Below, piece by piece: positions 42,186 to 55,697 of a stretch of DNA of 64,000 bases. Position numbers and translations under genes: made by a program. Numbering within the stretch: position 1 is the stretch's first letter; the number at the start of each line of letters is the position of its first letter. The DNA comes from Octopus sinensis (Eukaryota), in contig NC_043000.1 of the NCBI RefSeq assembly GCF_006345805.1, forward strand, positions 163,928,001 to 163,992,000. The letters are read 5' to 3'. The notes below the pieces were generated by a model. That model ran no database searches, was not told the origin of the DNA, and saw only the letters and a list, made by a program, of their open reading frames with translations.

Positions 42186-42279
42186 ATATGTATATATTAT
42201 ATATATGTGTAATATTATATATATATTATATATATGTATATATATATATATGTGGTGTGTGTATATGTGTGTATGTGTG

Positions 42280-42309
<30 letters not shown>

Positions 42310-42310
<1 letters not shown>

Positions 42311-42608
42311 GAGGCGCAATAGCCCAGTGATTAGGGCAGCGGGCTCACGGTTGGAGGATCGCGGTTTCGATTCCCAGACCAGACGTTCTGTGTGTTTATT
42401 GAACGAAAACACCTAAGTTCCACGGGGCTCCGGCAGGGGGTGGAAGCGACCCCTGCTGTACTCTTTCGCCGCAACTTTCTCTCACTCTTTCTTCTGTTGG
42501 CCTGCTCGCTTAGCCTGCGGGGTGACGTCATTTGAAGGCTAAAACAATGCGAAGCGCATTGTGACCAGCGATGTGTAGCAACATCTGATAGCCTGGTCGG
42601 TCACGTGA
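42310..42608 (+). mobile_element. SINE D, tail type 3
   Basis: Shared head and centre, then a tail ending gtgaccagcgatgtgtagcaacatctgatagcctggtcggtcacgtg. Confidence 0.8.
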
Positions 42609-43279
42609 TATATGTATGTATTTATGTATGTATGTATGTATATATAAAGACTGGATGATATTATAATAGATGGAACACTTTTCATTGTATGACTGCTCAA
42701 AACATGGATGATTGGGGGAGGTGGTACTAAACAACATATTTTATCACCATTAGCCAAAGCTGAATTGGGTGATAGACTTAATACGTATAACACCACCATG
42801 GGTCTCTTCAATAATTAGGCTGGAATCCATTCAGCAGAAAGCATTCGCGCCATGTCACTGATCTCGAGGTAATTTCTTTCAACAAGTTTTAGTGGCTCTG
42901 AGAAGGAATATGAGCGCTATTCTTCCACCTCTTAGCAATAAAAAATTGAATGACCCTTCAATTTTATTTTAATTGCCTCAGTCTGCTTATCTGAAAGCAG
43001 GTTCTGCTTGTATGTGCTGATTGTTATAAAATCCTAAAGACCGATTTACTTTTAGAAATACTTACTCCAAGAAGTGATATATTTAATGGATTTGAAATTT
43101 CCAGAATATTGAATGTATTTTATCAGTGTTAACATTGTCATTACTGTCATGTAACCGAAGACCGGGTCTTTTGATTCAACTATATCACATTCTTAAAATA
43201 CACTTTTTGTTAATCAGGCAGCAGCTAGTACAATTGTTAGCATGCCGAGCAAAATGTTTAGTGGTATATCATCCGTCTT

Positions 43280-43886
43280 AGGCGGCGAGCTGGCAGAATC
43301 GTTAGCACACCGGGCGAAATGCGTAGCCGTATTTCGTCTGCCGTTACGTTCTGAGTTCAAATTCCGCCGAGGTCGACTTTGCCTTTCATCCTTTCGGGGT
43401 CGATAAATTAAGTACCAGTTACGCACTGGGGTCGATGTAATCGACTTAATCCGTTTGTCTGTCCTTGTTTGTCCCCTCGGTGTTTAGCCCCTTGTGGGTA
43501 GTAAAGAAATAGGTATTTCGTCTGCCGTTACGTTCTGAGTTCAAATTCCGCCGAGGTCGACTTTGCCTTTCATCCTTTCGGGGTCGATTAAATAAGTACC
43601 AGTTACGCACTGGGGTCGATGTAATCGACTTAATCCGTTTGTCTGTCCTTGTTTGTCTCCTCTGTGTTTAGCCCCTTGTGGGTAGTAAAGAAATAGGTAT
43701 TTCGTCTGCCTTTACGTTCTGAGTTCAAATTCCGCCGAGGTCGACTTTGCCTTTCATCCTTTCGGGGTCGATTAAATAAGTACCAGTTACGCACTGGGGT
43801 CGATGTAATCGACTTAATCCGTTTGTCTGTCCTTGTTTGTCTTCTTTGTGTTTAGCCCCTTGTGGGGAGTAAAGAAATAGAAATAA
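43280..43886 (+). mobile_element. Young SINE A with 3 x 184-bp body concatemer, nested in an older SINE A (43215-44045)
   Basis: Units start at 43329, 43513 and 43697; TSD gtatatc(a/g)tccgtctt at 43264-43279 and 43887-43902. Confidence 0.9.
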
Positions 43887-44469
43887 GTATATCGTCCGTC
43901 TTCATGCTCTGAGTTTAAATCCCGCCGGCATCGTCTTTTCGTTTCGATGTCAATAAAATAAGTACCAGTTGAATTCTAGGGTCGATGCAATAGACTTGCT
44001 TCCACCCCTGAAATTAATGGCCTCGTCTCAAAATTTGAAATCAATATAACACTTGTTAATTCCCTTCCAGATCTTCCTTCAAAAGTTCTTGAGACGGGTA
44101 GTTAACTTTTTTTTATTCAGAGAATATGAAAAGATATATTGCAAACTTAGAATGTTAACTCTCAACCGACGATACTTAATGAACACAAAAGAACAATGTA
44201 AGTTAAAACGGCATTTTTTACAAATTTAAACAACATTCAAAATCAAAGGGTAGAGAAAGAGTAAAAGAAGGGGGGGGAGAGTGTAGAGAGAATGAACGAA
44301 TTATTTTGAGAAAACGTGAGTGAGAGAAAGAGAGTATGGAAAGGGAGTGGGAGCTAAAGAAAAAGCTAAAACGGGCTTAACAGAGACGATTAGAGGATTC
44401 AGACTCGAAGCCAGCCCTCCATCTTCCACGTTTTAATTCCGCTTGATTCATCATTACATGTTGCCTTTG

Positions 44470-44650
44470 CTTGAATTGATTTTCAATTTTGGCACAAGGC
44501 CAACAATTTTGGAGGGGGGGGGTAAGTTGATTACATCGATCCCCGTGTTCAATTGGTATTTATTTTATCGGTCAGAAGACGATGAAAAGCAAAGTTGACC
44601 TCAGCGGAATTTTAACTCGACGCGTTAAGACAGACAAAATGCCGCGAAGC
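44470..44650 (-). mobile_element. SINE A, diverged
   Basis: ggcacaaggcc...aaagttgacctcagcggaattttaactc. Confidence 0.7.
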
Positions 44651-44900
44651 AATTTACGGTTTTATACACGCATCTGTTTTACTGCATAGTTTCTGCCTTT
44701 TGGGTCTTCAATTTTTCAAGCCAGACCTAACTACACTATCTTATCCTAAGATCTCCCAGTCACGCCTTTTGACTGCAATCCTTTCCACAACCATCACTCA
44801 CTTCCTGGCAATATTTTCTTTGTCCATTTTGTTATCTGTTCGAACAGGAGTAGCCTACTGCGCGCGCGCGCGTGTCTTTGTATATGTAAGTGTGTGTGTG

Positions 44901-44931
<31 letters not shown>

Positions 44932-45193
44932 GTTATAGCTATTTGTTTTATTTTTATATGGAAAGCAATTAATCAGGTCAACTAAAACTGAAAGTGTTAT
45001 TAACGTACGCGTGTGTTTTTATGGGGATGTGTGGGGCGGGGTATATTACATGAGAATCCACTAAAGCAATCAATGAAAAAATTGCAGGAAAGTGTAAGTA
45101 CATACACAAACGCACACGCATACACATATGTATGTGAGTGTATGTATGTGAGTGTATGTATGTGAGTGTACGCGCGCGTATATACATTGATTT

Positions 45194-45310
<117 letters not shown>

Positions 45311-45324
45311 TAGATAGATAGATT

Positions 45325-45367
<43 letters not shown>

Positions 45368-45404
45368 GATGGATGGATGGATGGATGGATGGATAGATAG
45401 ATTA

Positions 45405-45610
45405 TTTTCTTTTATTCTTTTACTTGTTTCAGTCACCTGACTGCGGCCACGCTGGAGCACCGTCCCCACTTGAGCAGATCGACCCCAGGGCTCATTCTTT
45501 GTAAGACTAGTACTTATTCTATTTGTCTTTTTGCCGCACCGCTAAGTTACGAGGACGTAAACACACCAGCATTGGTTGTCAGGCGAGGTTGGGGGGACAA
45601 ACACAAACAC
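45405..45610 (-). mobile_element. 3' module of the composite SINE B
   Basis: Minus strand cgtaacttagcggtgcggcaaaaag...gtcaggtgactgaaacaagtaaaagaataaaag. Confidence 0.65.
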
Positions 45611-45916
45611 ACACATAAATACATACATATATATATATATATGGTGGTGGTTGTAGTGGTGGTGGTGGTGGTTGTGGTGGTGGTGGCGGCGACGGTGGTG
45701 CTGCTGCTGCTGCTGGTGCTGGTGGTGCTGGTGGTAGAAGTAGCAGTATGCTTTGCCTTTGCTTAAATTTGTACGAGCTGCACCCAGGTCTCATCTAGAG
45801 ACTCTTAAGATGCAAACAGTTTTGATGCCATGTAACTGAAAACTTGATGTCTCCATGTTATAAAAATAAAGTCCTTTTTTTTATAAACTTTATGATAAAA
45901 GTGTTTTTAAGGCGGT

Positions 45917-46100
45917 CAGATGGCAAAATAAGGGCCTCAGACAAGATTTTCGCTGGCATTTCTTCCGGCCCTTTACTTTCTGAGTTCACATTCTGCAGTT
46001 CATCCTTTCAGGGTTGATGAAATGAGTACAGTCGAGTACTGCAGTTGAATAGTCCCCTCCACCAAAATTTCAGGTCTTGTGCCTATAGTAGAAAGGTTTA
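45917..46100 (+). mobile_element. SINE A, diverged
   Basis: aaggcggtcagatggc...catcctttcagggttgatgaaatgagtac...ccttgtgcctatagtagaaagg-like tail. Confidence 0.65.
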
Positions 46101-46303
46101 TTATCGAATGCTGAATCGAGCGGGCCGCAGTATCAGAGCTCTTTCTCAGAAGATGATTTTTACCTCGGATTAACAAATGACAACAATCTTTGTTGTTTTG
46201 AACGTTTGACTAACAAAACATTTTCAGCTTATCCCCATTATTCTGTCCTATTATCAGGGACAGAAAAGTGTTGTTTTTTTTATTGTTTATATATTTGATT
46301 GTT

Positions 46304-46397
<94 letters not shown>

Positions 46398-46432
46398 ATT
46401 CTACGAATGGCCTTTTCGACTGTTTCATTTGT

Positions 46433-46670
46433 GGAGGCGCGTGGATTAGTGGTTAGGGTGTCGGACTCATGATCGTAAGACTGTGGTTTCGATTCCTGGG
46501 TCGGGCAATGCGTTGTGTTCTTGAGCAAAACATTTCATTTCATGTTGATCCTGTCCACTGAACTGAGTAATCCTGCGACGGACTGGCGGGGAATTCATAC
46601 GCCATGAAACTGGGAACCCGGCCCTTATGAGTCGACATTACTCGTGAAGGTAACTTCCTCTTTACTTTTT
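46433..46670 (+). mobile_element. tRNA-headed SINE with a different centre and the type 1 tail
   Basis: gtggaggcgcgtggattagtggttaggg...gttgtgttcttgagcaaaac...gcgacggactggc...cccttatgagtcg. Confidence 0.75.
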
Positions 46671-48239
46671 ACTATTTTATTTGAAAATTATCCTCTCCAC
46701 GGTAGCGAGAGAAGATGCCAACCCGAAGCCGGACTCTGAGGAGCTAATCGGTCTCCTCCCGCTGCACAAACCCAGCCAGAGGTTCCGAGTAGCAATGCCA
46801 CCACGTCGTTTTGCAGTGATGGTGGGAATATGGGACCTGAAAAAATGTGGGAAAAACAGTCGGAAAAGTAGGAAAAGAAAGCGGCAATAAAAATAAATGA
46901 AAACCTTAAGACAGGTAGGGTACTGATTGTTCTTAAGGAATACCCCCTACGCACCGCAACTGAAGTGCTTGAAATTTACGATTGTTGGAAATAAAATTCT
47001 AGATTTAATGGAAGTGCTGGTAGCCAAACAAAATCATTCAAAAACTTGTTCTGACTCAGAAGGAATTAAGAGACGAATACATCGAACTCAAAGATGATAG
47101 ATGGCTGGTGATTGGTGGAAACTAGACTAAGGGATACTGTTCAAAATATGCTTGAGATTTGGTGGTTTATGCAAAAAGTAAAGATGCTCTTGAGCAAATT
47201 CTGAGGAGCCAGAAGGTAATGGATATGTGGAATGCTCTGATCCTAATAAGCGGCTTTTCACGCCTTTCAGAATGAGAGCCCATTTGTTTAGCATGTTTTA
47301 AAATATTGCATATTACATTTTTGCCATTCGTTTTCGCTTAGTGCGTATATGTGATTCTATGTGTATGTGTGTGTATGTTTGTATGAATGTGTGTATGCGT
47401 GCGCGCGTATGTGTGTTAGTGCGTGTGTGTCTGTGTGTATGTGTGTGTTAGTGCGTGTGTATGTGTTTGGTGTATGCACACAAACATCCTACGTTTTGTA
47501 CTTCTTTTGTATGAGGTTCAGTATGACATGTTAAGGCCCTTGAGGCCAACAAAGGAAAAGGGAAAGAAGAAGAAGAAGAAGAAGAAGAAGAAAAGTAGCA
47601 GCAGCGTCGGTGGTAGTAACAGCAGAAGTAGTGGTGGCAGCAACAGTGGTGGTGGTGGTGGTGGTGGTGGTCACAGTAGCGATAGTAGTGAAGAGGTGAG
47701 GGGTAGGAGGGTAGTGGTTTGGGGTGAATTAGTTGCAGGGAGATGCTTCTGGTAAATGTCGATAGTTGGAAACATTTTAAGGTTTTAAGGATCATCGTCT
47801 GGGATCGAATTACTGTTGTGCATTGCCAGACAGACCCCGCTACTACAGTCAAGCACGGTATCATTACGTCCTCCAAGAGAGGTTTCACAAGGCTTGTCTG
47901 CAAGGGCGTGTGTGTCTGCATCAACAATGAGACACAGAGAGGGAGAGAGATGGGAGGGAAAGAGAGAGCAAGGCTGATGGGGCATTAGAGCAAAGCATGT
48001 CTTGTGAGTGATTCACAATGTGTAAAAGATAAACACCAATAAACTAGAGTGAAACGGAATGGATCAACTGAGAATGGAACCCATACATGTCTCAAACATG
48101 TCCCAATGTCAGTGGGGAAATAGTTATAATGCTTAGAAGCATGATTGCACAGCGAAACACAAATGCATAGAAACAACCCTCTCTATATGTATCTACATAT
48201 GTATATATGCATGCATCTATCTATTTATCTCTGTCTCTG

Positions 48240-48310
<71 letters not shown>

Positions 48311-48354
48311 AGAGAGCGACATAGATAGATAGATAGATAGATAGACAGATAGAC

Positions 48355-48397
<43 letters not shown>

Positions 48398-48449
48398 CAG
48401 ACAGACATACACATATATATATACACACGTACACACACGCACACACACA

Positions 48450-48661
48450 CACACACATATATATAGACACGTGTACGCACATACATACACACACACACTC
48501 ACACACATGTACAATAATGCATACAAGCGCAAGAATCTTCTACACACAATATAGACAGTAGTCACATCTGTAAGTATATATCTCATATCCACATACTGAC
48601 ACATACCCACTTTATATTCAATATATACGCGTGTATGTGTATGAATATATATATATGTGTG

Positions 48662-48710
<49 letters not shown>

Positions 48711-48989
48711 GTGTGTGTGCGTGTATGTGTGTGTACCAGTGTGGGTGGGTGTACACTCGCTCGCACTAATATACGTACATTTAAACACACACACACACAT
48801 ATATATATATACACACAGGATGCATATGTTTCTCTGTATATACAGATGCACATGCATGGATGCACATGCTAACATACATATGTGATCTGTGCATGTGAAT
48901 GCATGGTATGCATACATACTTAAACACTCGCACGATCACACACACACACACACACATGCGAATTGAAAGTCCCACACATACACACACAT

Positions 48990-49024
<35 letters not shown>

Positions 49025-49407
49025 TTGAAACTCCCATGCATTCACACAAAGACACGAGCGCGCGCGCATTGAAACTTCAACGCACAACACGCACGCACAC
49101 ACACACACACACACACACACCACACACACTCGTACGCACACGCATACACACACACATACGTATTGAACTCCACACACACACACGCACCACACACACACAC
49201 ACATATATATAGACACGTGTACGCACATACATACACACACACACTCACACACATGTACAATAATGCATACAAGCGCAAGAATCTTCTACACACAATATAG
49301 ACAGTAGTCACATCTGTAAGTATATATCTCATATCCACATACTGACACATACCCACTTTATATTCAATATATACGCGTGTATGTGTATGAATATATATAT
49401 ATGTGTG

Positions 49408-49456
<49 letters not shown>

Positions 49457-49735
49457 GTGTGTGTGCGTGTATGTGTGTGTACCAGTGTGGGTGGGTGTAC
49501 ACTCGCTCGCACTAATATACGTACATTTAAACACACACACACACATATATATATATACACACAGGATGCATATGTTTCTCTGTATATACAGATGCACATG
49601 CATGGATGCACATGCTAACATACATATGTGATCTGTGCATGTGAATGCATGGTATGCATACATACTTAAACACTCGCACGATCACACACACACACACACA
49701 CATGCGAATTGAAAGTCCCACACATACACACACAT

Positions 49736-49770
<35 letters not shown>

Positions 49771-50153
49771 TTGAAACTCCCATGCATTCACACAAAGACA
49801 CGAGCGCGCGCGCATTGAAACTTCAACGCACAACACGCACGCACACACACACACACACACACACACCACACACACTCGTACGCACACGCATACACACACA
49901 CATACGTATTGAACTCCACACACACACACGCACCACACACACACACACATATATATAGACACGTGTACGCACATACATACACACACACACTCACACACAT
50001 GTACAATAATGCATACAAGCGCAAGAATCTTCTACACACAATATAGACAGTAGTCACATCTGTAAGTATATATCTCATATCCACATACTGACACATACCC
50101 ACTTTATATTCAATATATACGCGTGTATGTGTATGAATATATATATATGTGTG

Positions 50154-50202
<49 letters not shown>

Positions 50203-50480
50203 GTGTGTGTGCGTGTATGTGTGTGTACCAGTGTGGGTGGGTGTACACTCGCTCGCACTAATATACGTACATTTAAACACACACACACACATATATATAT
50301 ATACACACAGGATGCATATGTTTCTCTGTATATACAGATGCACATGCATGGATGCACATGCTAACATACATATGTGATCTGTGCATGTGAATGCATGGTA
50401 TGCATACATACTTAAACACTCGCACGATCACACCACACACACACACATGCGAATTGAAAGTCCCACACATACACACACAT

Positions 50481-50515
<35 letters not shown>

Positions 50516-50690
50516 TTGAAACTCCATGCATTCACACAAAGACACGAGCGCGCGCGCATTGAAACTTCACGCACAACACGCACGCACACACACACACACA
50601 CACACAACACACACACACACACACACACTCGTACGCACACGCATACACACACACATACGTATTGAACTCCACACACACACACGCACACAC
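48450..50690. repeat. Tandem triplication, 746-bp unit
   Basis: Marker gacacgtgtacgcac at 48466, 49212 and 49958; ORF-track entries recur at exactly +746. Confidence 0.95.
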
Positions 50691-50734
50691 ATACACACAC
50701 AAACACACCCTACACTGTAGGGAAACTCGAACAT

Positions 50735-50940
50735 CCACCACCACCACCACCACCACCACCACCACCACCACCACCACCACCACCACCACCACCACCGCCA
50801 CTACCACCACCACCATCACCACCACCACCACCACCACCACCACCACCACCACCACCACCGCCACCACCACCGCCACCGCCACCACCACCACCACCACCAC
50901 CACCACCACCACCACCACCACCACCACCACCACCACCACT
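50735..50940. repeat. (ACC)n microsatellite
   Basis: About 205 bp nearly pure tract. Confidence 0.97.
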
Positions 50941-51439
50941 TTCACTTTCACTATTGCAAATGAACCAGTGAAGATTCAATCTATATAATTGACGAAACAA
51001 GCATCACAGATGACCGTGTGGGGGTGGGGTGGGAGGAGTTGGGGGTGGTGAGGTGGGTGGAGAAAGAAAGGAGGAAGAGGAGGAGGTGTGATGCAAACCA
51101 TGGGCTGATATGATGAATCATTTTTATAATATCGCTGGTCACTGACTCATCTTCCTCCTCAATGCTGCTGACAGACGTATCTCCTTACACCCTCCCCCCA
51201 CCCGCCACCGCCATCATATCTATGTCATTAAATTATAAAGCGAACAGACAGGCGATTATTTTACTTTGGCAGGAGTCAACTATGATTATTATAAAAATTG
51301 TTATTATTTTTCAGTCGTCCTCTATTCATTGCGTGCTTTTGCTGCACAAACGGGCGCAGTTCTGTGCACCCTCAGCTGCATGCAGTTTTGTTTAAGTAGG
51401 TGATTCTATATTATTATTATTGTTGTTGTTGTTATTATC

Positions 51440-51660
51440 AAGGCAGCGAGCTGGCAGAATCGTTAGCAGAGTGGGCGAAATGCTGAGAAGGTATTTCGTC
51501 CGTTGCTACGTTCCGAGTTCAAATTCCGCCAAGGTTGACATTGCCTTTCAACATTTCGTGAGCGATAAAATAAGCACCAGTTATACACTGGGGTTGATGT
51601 AATTGACTCATCTTCTCCCCAAAAATTGCTGCCCTTTTGGTAAAATTTGAAACCATTATT
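51440..51660 (+). mobile_element. SINE A
   Basis: aaggcagcgagctggcagaatcgttagc head, core and (ATT) tail. Confidence 0.8.
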
Positions 51661-51664
51661 ATTA

Positions 51665-51737
51665 AGTAGTTTTATTTTTATAGCGTGCTTTCAATTCACT
51701 ACCGAGCGCAGCTCTGTGTGCCTTGGGTATGTGCTGT
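51665..51737 (-). mobile_element. About 73-bp 3'-terminal stub of Dong-like family 2
   Basis: Reverse complement acagcacatacccaaggcacacagagctgcgctcggtagtgaa...ctataaaaataaaaactact matches the 3' end of the 30775-33110 copy; ATT repeats on both sides. Confidence 0.85.
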
Positions 51738-52470
<733 letters not shown>

Positions 52471-55409
52471 CTATGTTTGACTTTTGCTTTATATTTGTAC
52501 AAGTTGGCTCCAAGTCTCACCCAGAGACCTCAAGAGACAACAGGGTTGGAAGTTCATGTTGTTGTTATGCCTAGTGTGCCATATATTTGGGGGGTGGGGA
52601 TGTTGTACTAATGAATGTCTAAAAAAAAAGTTTTTTTTTGTTTTTTTTTTTAAACCGAAAATTATGGTTGTTTTAAACCTTGAGGTTACATAGAGAGTAT
52701 TTTGCGTAGGATATGAGCAGTTCCCATGAGCACTATCTTTTGAACTTCTGCCATTTTTGGGTTTCCTGGTATCTGAGTTAGGTAGCTATCAGCCCCTTTT
52801 GCTATCATTCCCAGGGCACCTATGACAACAGGTATTGTTTTAGTCTTCAGCTTCCACATTTTGCTGATTTCTATTTCAAGATCTTTATATTTGCTCAGTT
52901 TTTGGTAGGTCTTGACAGATACGTTTATATCGATTGGGACAGTCATATCAATGAGGAGGCATGTTCTTTGTTTGAAGTCTTTAAATATGATGTCTGGCCT
53001 ATTTGCATCTATCTTCCTGTCAGTTTGAATGGTGAAGTTCCAGAGGAGTGAGATGTGGTCATTTTCAAGCACTGGAGGTGGTTTGTGTTCCCACCAGTTT
53101 TTTTCATGGGGCAAATCCAGGTTTTTACAGATTACCCAGTGAATATATTGTGCAGCTCTATCGTGCCTGTTGAGATACTCTGTAGGCGCTAGAAGACTGC
53201 ACTTGGAGACCACATGGTCAATGGTTTCATTTTGTTGCTTGCATACACGACACGTTGGACTGCTTCTGATCTTTAATATGTTGGCCTGGTAGTTTCTTGT
53301 TGGTAGGCATTGATCTTGAGCTGCTATGATAAACCCCTCTGTTTCAGATTTTAAGCCAGAGGCCATTAGCCATTGATGGGTCAGGGCTTTGTCGATATCT
53401 GCATTATTCGCTCTCTTTGGGTATTTGCCATAGAGAGGTTTTTCTTGCCATTTATTATTCAGAATATCTAAGGCCGCAGTTTTGGCACGGGTTTTCATGC
53501 GCCTAGCTTTTTCTGTGCTTGTTTCTTGTATGTCTATCTCTAATTCCGAAATTGGTTGTATTCGGAATTCACTTAGATATTCCTTTGCCTGTTTTGTGAC
53601 TGAGTATGATGCTTTCTTGTTTTCATGTTTTGAGACAAGTTTTAACATCCAGTCCTCAGAGTTTTTCAGGTAGGTGTCTAGGCCAATTGTAGCAATCTTC
53701 ATTGTTATTGCCAGTTGCAAAAGACCACGGCCTCCCTCTTTTCTTGGCAGATAGAGTCGTTCTGTATCTGCCTTAGGGTGGTGCATTCTATGCATTGTCA
53801 ACAGTTTCCTTATTTTTCTGTCGAGCTGACATATTTCAGTAATTGACCAGTTAACAATATTGAAACTGTAAGTCACGACTGGTATAGCTAATGCATTGAT
53901 TGCTTCGATCCTGTTTCTTGCATTCAGCTCTGTCTTGAGTATTGCTCTCACTCTTCCATAGCATTCTCTCCTGATCCTTTCCTTCATCTCTGAATGCCTT
54001 ATTCCGTTCCCTTCAATTACCCCTAGGTACTTGTAGCTCTCCGCTGGGTCTAGTTCTTTTATGACATTCTGTTGGTCAAGGTTAACGTTAGATGTTTCTG
54101 TCATTTTTCCTTTGATAAAGGTAGCCTTTGCACATTTATCGAGGCCGAATTGCATTCTGATGTCGTCACTGAATTGTTTGACTATCGCTAGTAAGCCCTT
54201 GAGTTGTTGATCATTTTTTGCAAAAAGCTTTAAATCATCCATGTAAACGAGATGATTTATATTTTTATCAAACATTTTATACCCGTACTGCGCGTCATTG
54301 AGCAGCTTTGAGAGAGGTATTAAGGATAAACAAAAGAGGAGTGGTGACAGTGAGTCACCCTGGAAAATGCCACACGAAATTTTTACATCACCAGCATTTA
54401 GGGATTCACTGTCACTGTTCAGAGTTAGTGTGGTTCTCCATGGTCTCATACTTACAGTCAAGAAGTTTCGCAGAGTTGGTGCTATCTTATACATTTCAAG
54501 GCATTTCCTAATCCAGCTATGTGGTATTGATAAGTTTTTGTGTCGTTTGTGACAATCTTCTAAGATCATCTTATTGATGAGTAGTTGGTCTTTACAGCCG
54601 TAGGATCCACGTTTACATCCTTTCTGTTCATTAGGGAATATGCTGCTGTCTGTCAAAAAACTATAGGTATATTCCGTCAGGACAGATGTTAGTGTTTTGT
54701 ACATAGTTGTTAAGCAGGTTATGGGTCTATAGTTTTTTGGTTCATTTGTTTCTTCACTTTTTGGAAGCAGGAATGTTAACCCATTAACTAGCCAAGGAGG
54801 CATCCTACTAGGGTGTTGCAAAACATCATTATAAAGTTCTGTTAGCAGTTCATGGCTCTCTGGGAAGGCATTCAGCCAGAAGTTAGGAATTTTATCCTTT
54901 CCTGGAGACTTCCATTTGCTTGACCTCCTGAGAGCAGATCTTATATCTTCTACCTTGACACCCTCCCACTTTTGCTCTTCTAAGGGGTCCAGTTCTGTAG
55001 ATATTCTGTCAATCCAGGGGGCCTTTTCGTTGTGTGTTTTTTCTTCTGCCCAGATTTTATTCCAAAATCCCTGCACTTCTTCTTTTGATGGTACAGACCC
55101 TGCAGTAAACGCTGTTTTTCCTATCTTCCTGTAAAAATTCTTGGTGTTATTTTTGAACATGTTGTTGTCCTTGAAAAATCTAACACGCTTTTCATACCTC
55201 GCTATGCGGGCAGCTTTGGCAGATACCTTTTGTTTGATGGTTTCTATGGTGGCATCAATATCAAGTATAGTTTTCATATTGTATTTTTTCAGTAATTTTT
55301 GGGTTTTTGTAGGTTTGGTAGTCTTGTGAGCCTTAAGGTTTTTCAAATATTCAATGTCAGATCTAAATACTTTAATTTGTTGTTGCAGACGCTCTTGCCA
55401 AGAAGGCTT
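52471..55409 (-). mobile_element. R4/Dong-like LINE family 1, 5'-truncated copy with 3' UTR, in (AAT)n
   Basis: ORF plus about 215 bp 3' UTR ending ...aagtcaaacatag, followed by (AAT)n on the element strand; the 5' end also abuts an AAT/ATT tract. Confidence 0.92.
52686..55346 (-). CDS. R4/Dong-clade non-LTR retrotransposon ORF (RT + CCHC knuckle + restriction-like endonuclease), 5'-truncated, RT motif A deleted
   Basis: 886-aa ORF with KNYRPITCL, QKGCKRGSYGCKDQLLIN, GIFQGDSLSPLLF, YMDD (54234-54245), CRVCKQQNETIDHVVSKC, RHD and NRPDII..LIDMTVP..K..KY. The frame stays open upstream (KPSWQERLQQQIKVFRSDIEYL) to the (ATT)n tract at about 55409, so the TTG start is not a true start. Confidence 0.93.
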   Translation of the reverse strand: MKNLKAHKTTKPTKTQKLLKKYNMKTILDIDATIETIKQKVSAKAARIARYEKRVRFFKDNNMFKNNTKNFYRKIGKTAFTAGSVPSKEEVQGFWNKIWAEEKTHNEKAPWIDRISTELDPLEEQKWEGVKVEDIRSALRRSSKWKSPGKDKIPNFWLNAFPESHELLTELYNDVLQHPSRMPPWLVNGLTFLLPKSEETNEPKNYRPITCLTTMYKTLTSVLTEYTYSFLTDSSIFPNEQKGCKRGSYGCKDQLLINKMILEDCHKRHKNLSIPHSWIRKCLEMYKIAPTLRNFLTVSMRPWRTTLTLNSDSESLNAGDVKISCGIFQGDSLSPLLFCLSLIPLSKLLNDAQYGYKMFDKNINHLVYMDDLKLFAKNDQQLKGLLAIVKQFSDDIRMQFGLDKCAKATFIKGKMTETSNVNLDQQNVIKELDPAESYKYLGVIEGNGIRHSEMKERIRRECYGRVRAILKTELNARNRIEAINALAIPVVTYSFNIVNWSITEICQLDRKIRKLLTMHRMHHPKADTERLYLPRKEGGRGLLQLAITMKIATIGLDTYLKNSEDWMLKLVSKHENKKASYSVTKQAKEYLSEFRIQPISELEIDIQETSTEKARRMKTRAKTAALDILNNKWQEKPLYGKYPKRANNADIDKALTHQWLMASGLKSETEGFIIAAQDQCLPTRNYQANILKIRSSPTCRVCKQQNETIDHVVSKCSLLAPTEYLNRHDRAAQYIHWVICKNLDLPHEKNWWEHKPPPVLENDHISLLWNFTIQTDRKIDANRPDIIFKDFKQRTCLLIDMTVPIDINVSVKTYQKLSKYKDLEIEISKMWKLKTKTIPVVIGALGMIAKGADSYLTQIPGNPKMAEVQKIVLMGTAHILRKILSM

Positions 55410-55430
55410 TATTATTATTATTATTATTAA

Positions 55431-55479
<49 letters not shown>

Positions 55480-55490
55480 GTTGTTGTTGT

Positions 55491-55697
55491 TAAGGCAGTG
55501 AGTTTGCAGAATCGTTACCACACCGGGAAAAATGCTCAGCGGTATTTCGTCCGTTTTCACGTTCTGATGAGGTCGACTGTGCGTTTCATCCCCTCAGAGT
55601 CGATAAAATATGTACCAGTTAAGCAGCGGGGGTCGCTGTAATTGTCTTACCCCCTTTCCCGAAACTTCTGGCCTTGTGCCAGAAACGAATATTATTA
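55491..55697 (+). mobile_element. SINE A whose (ATT) tail is the Chapaev3 insertion site
   Basis: Head, core and tail end in gaatattatta immediately before CAC at 55698. Confidence 0.75.

Noticed and set aside
43329-43880. 184-bp tandem units as a retrozyme or CRISPR-like array
   Set aside because: No CUGANGA/GAAA core on either strand and no unique spacers; it is SINE body sequence
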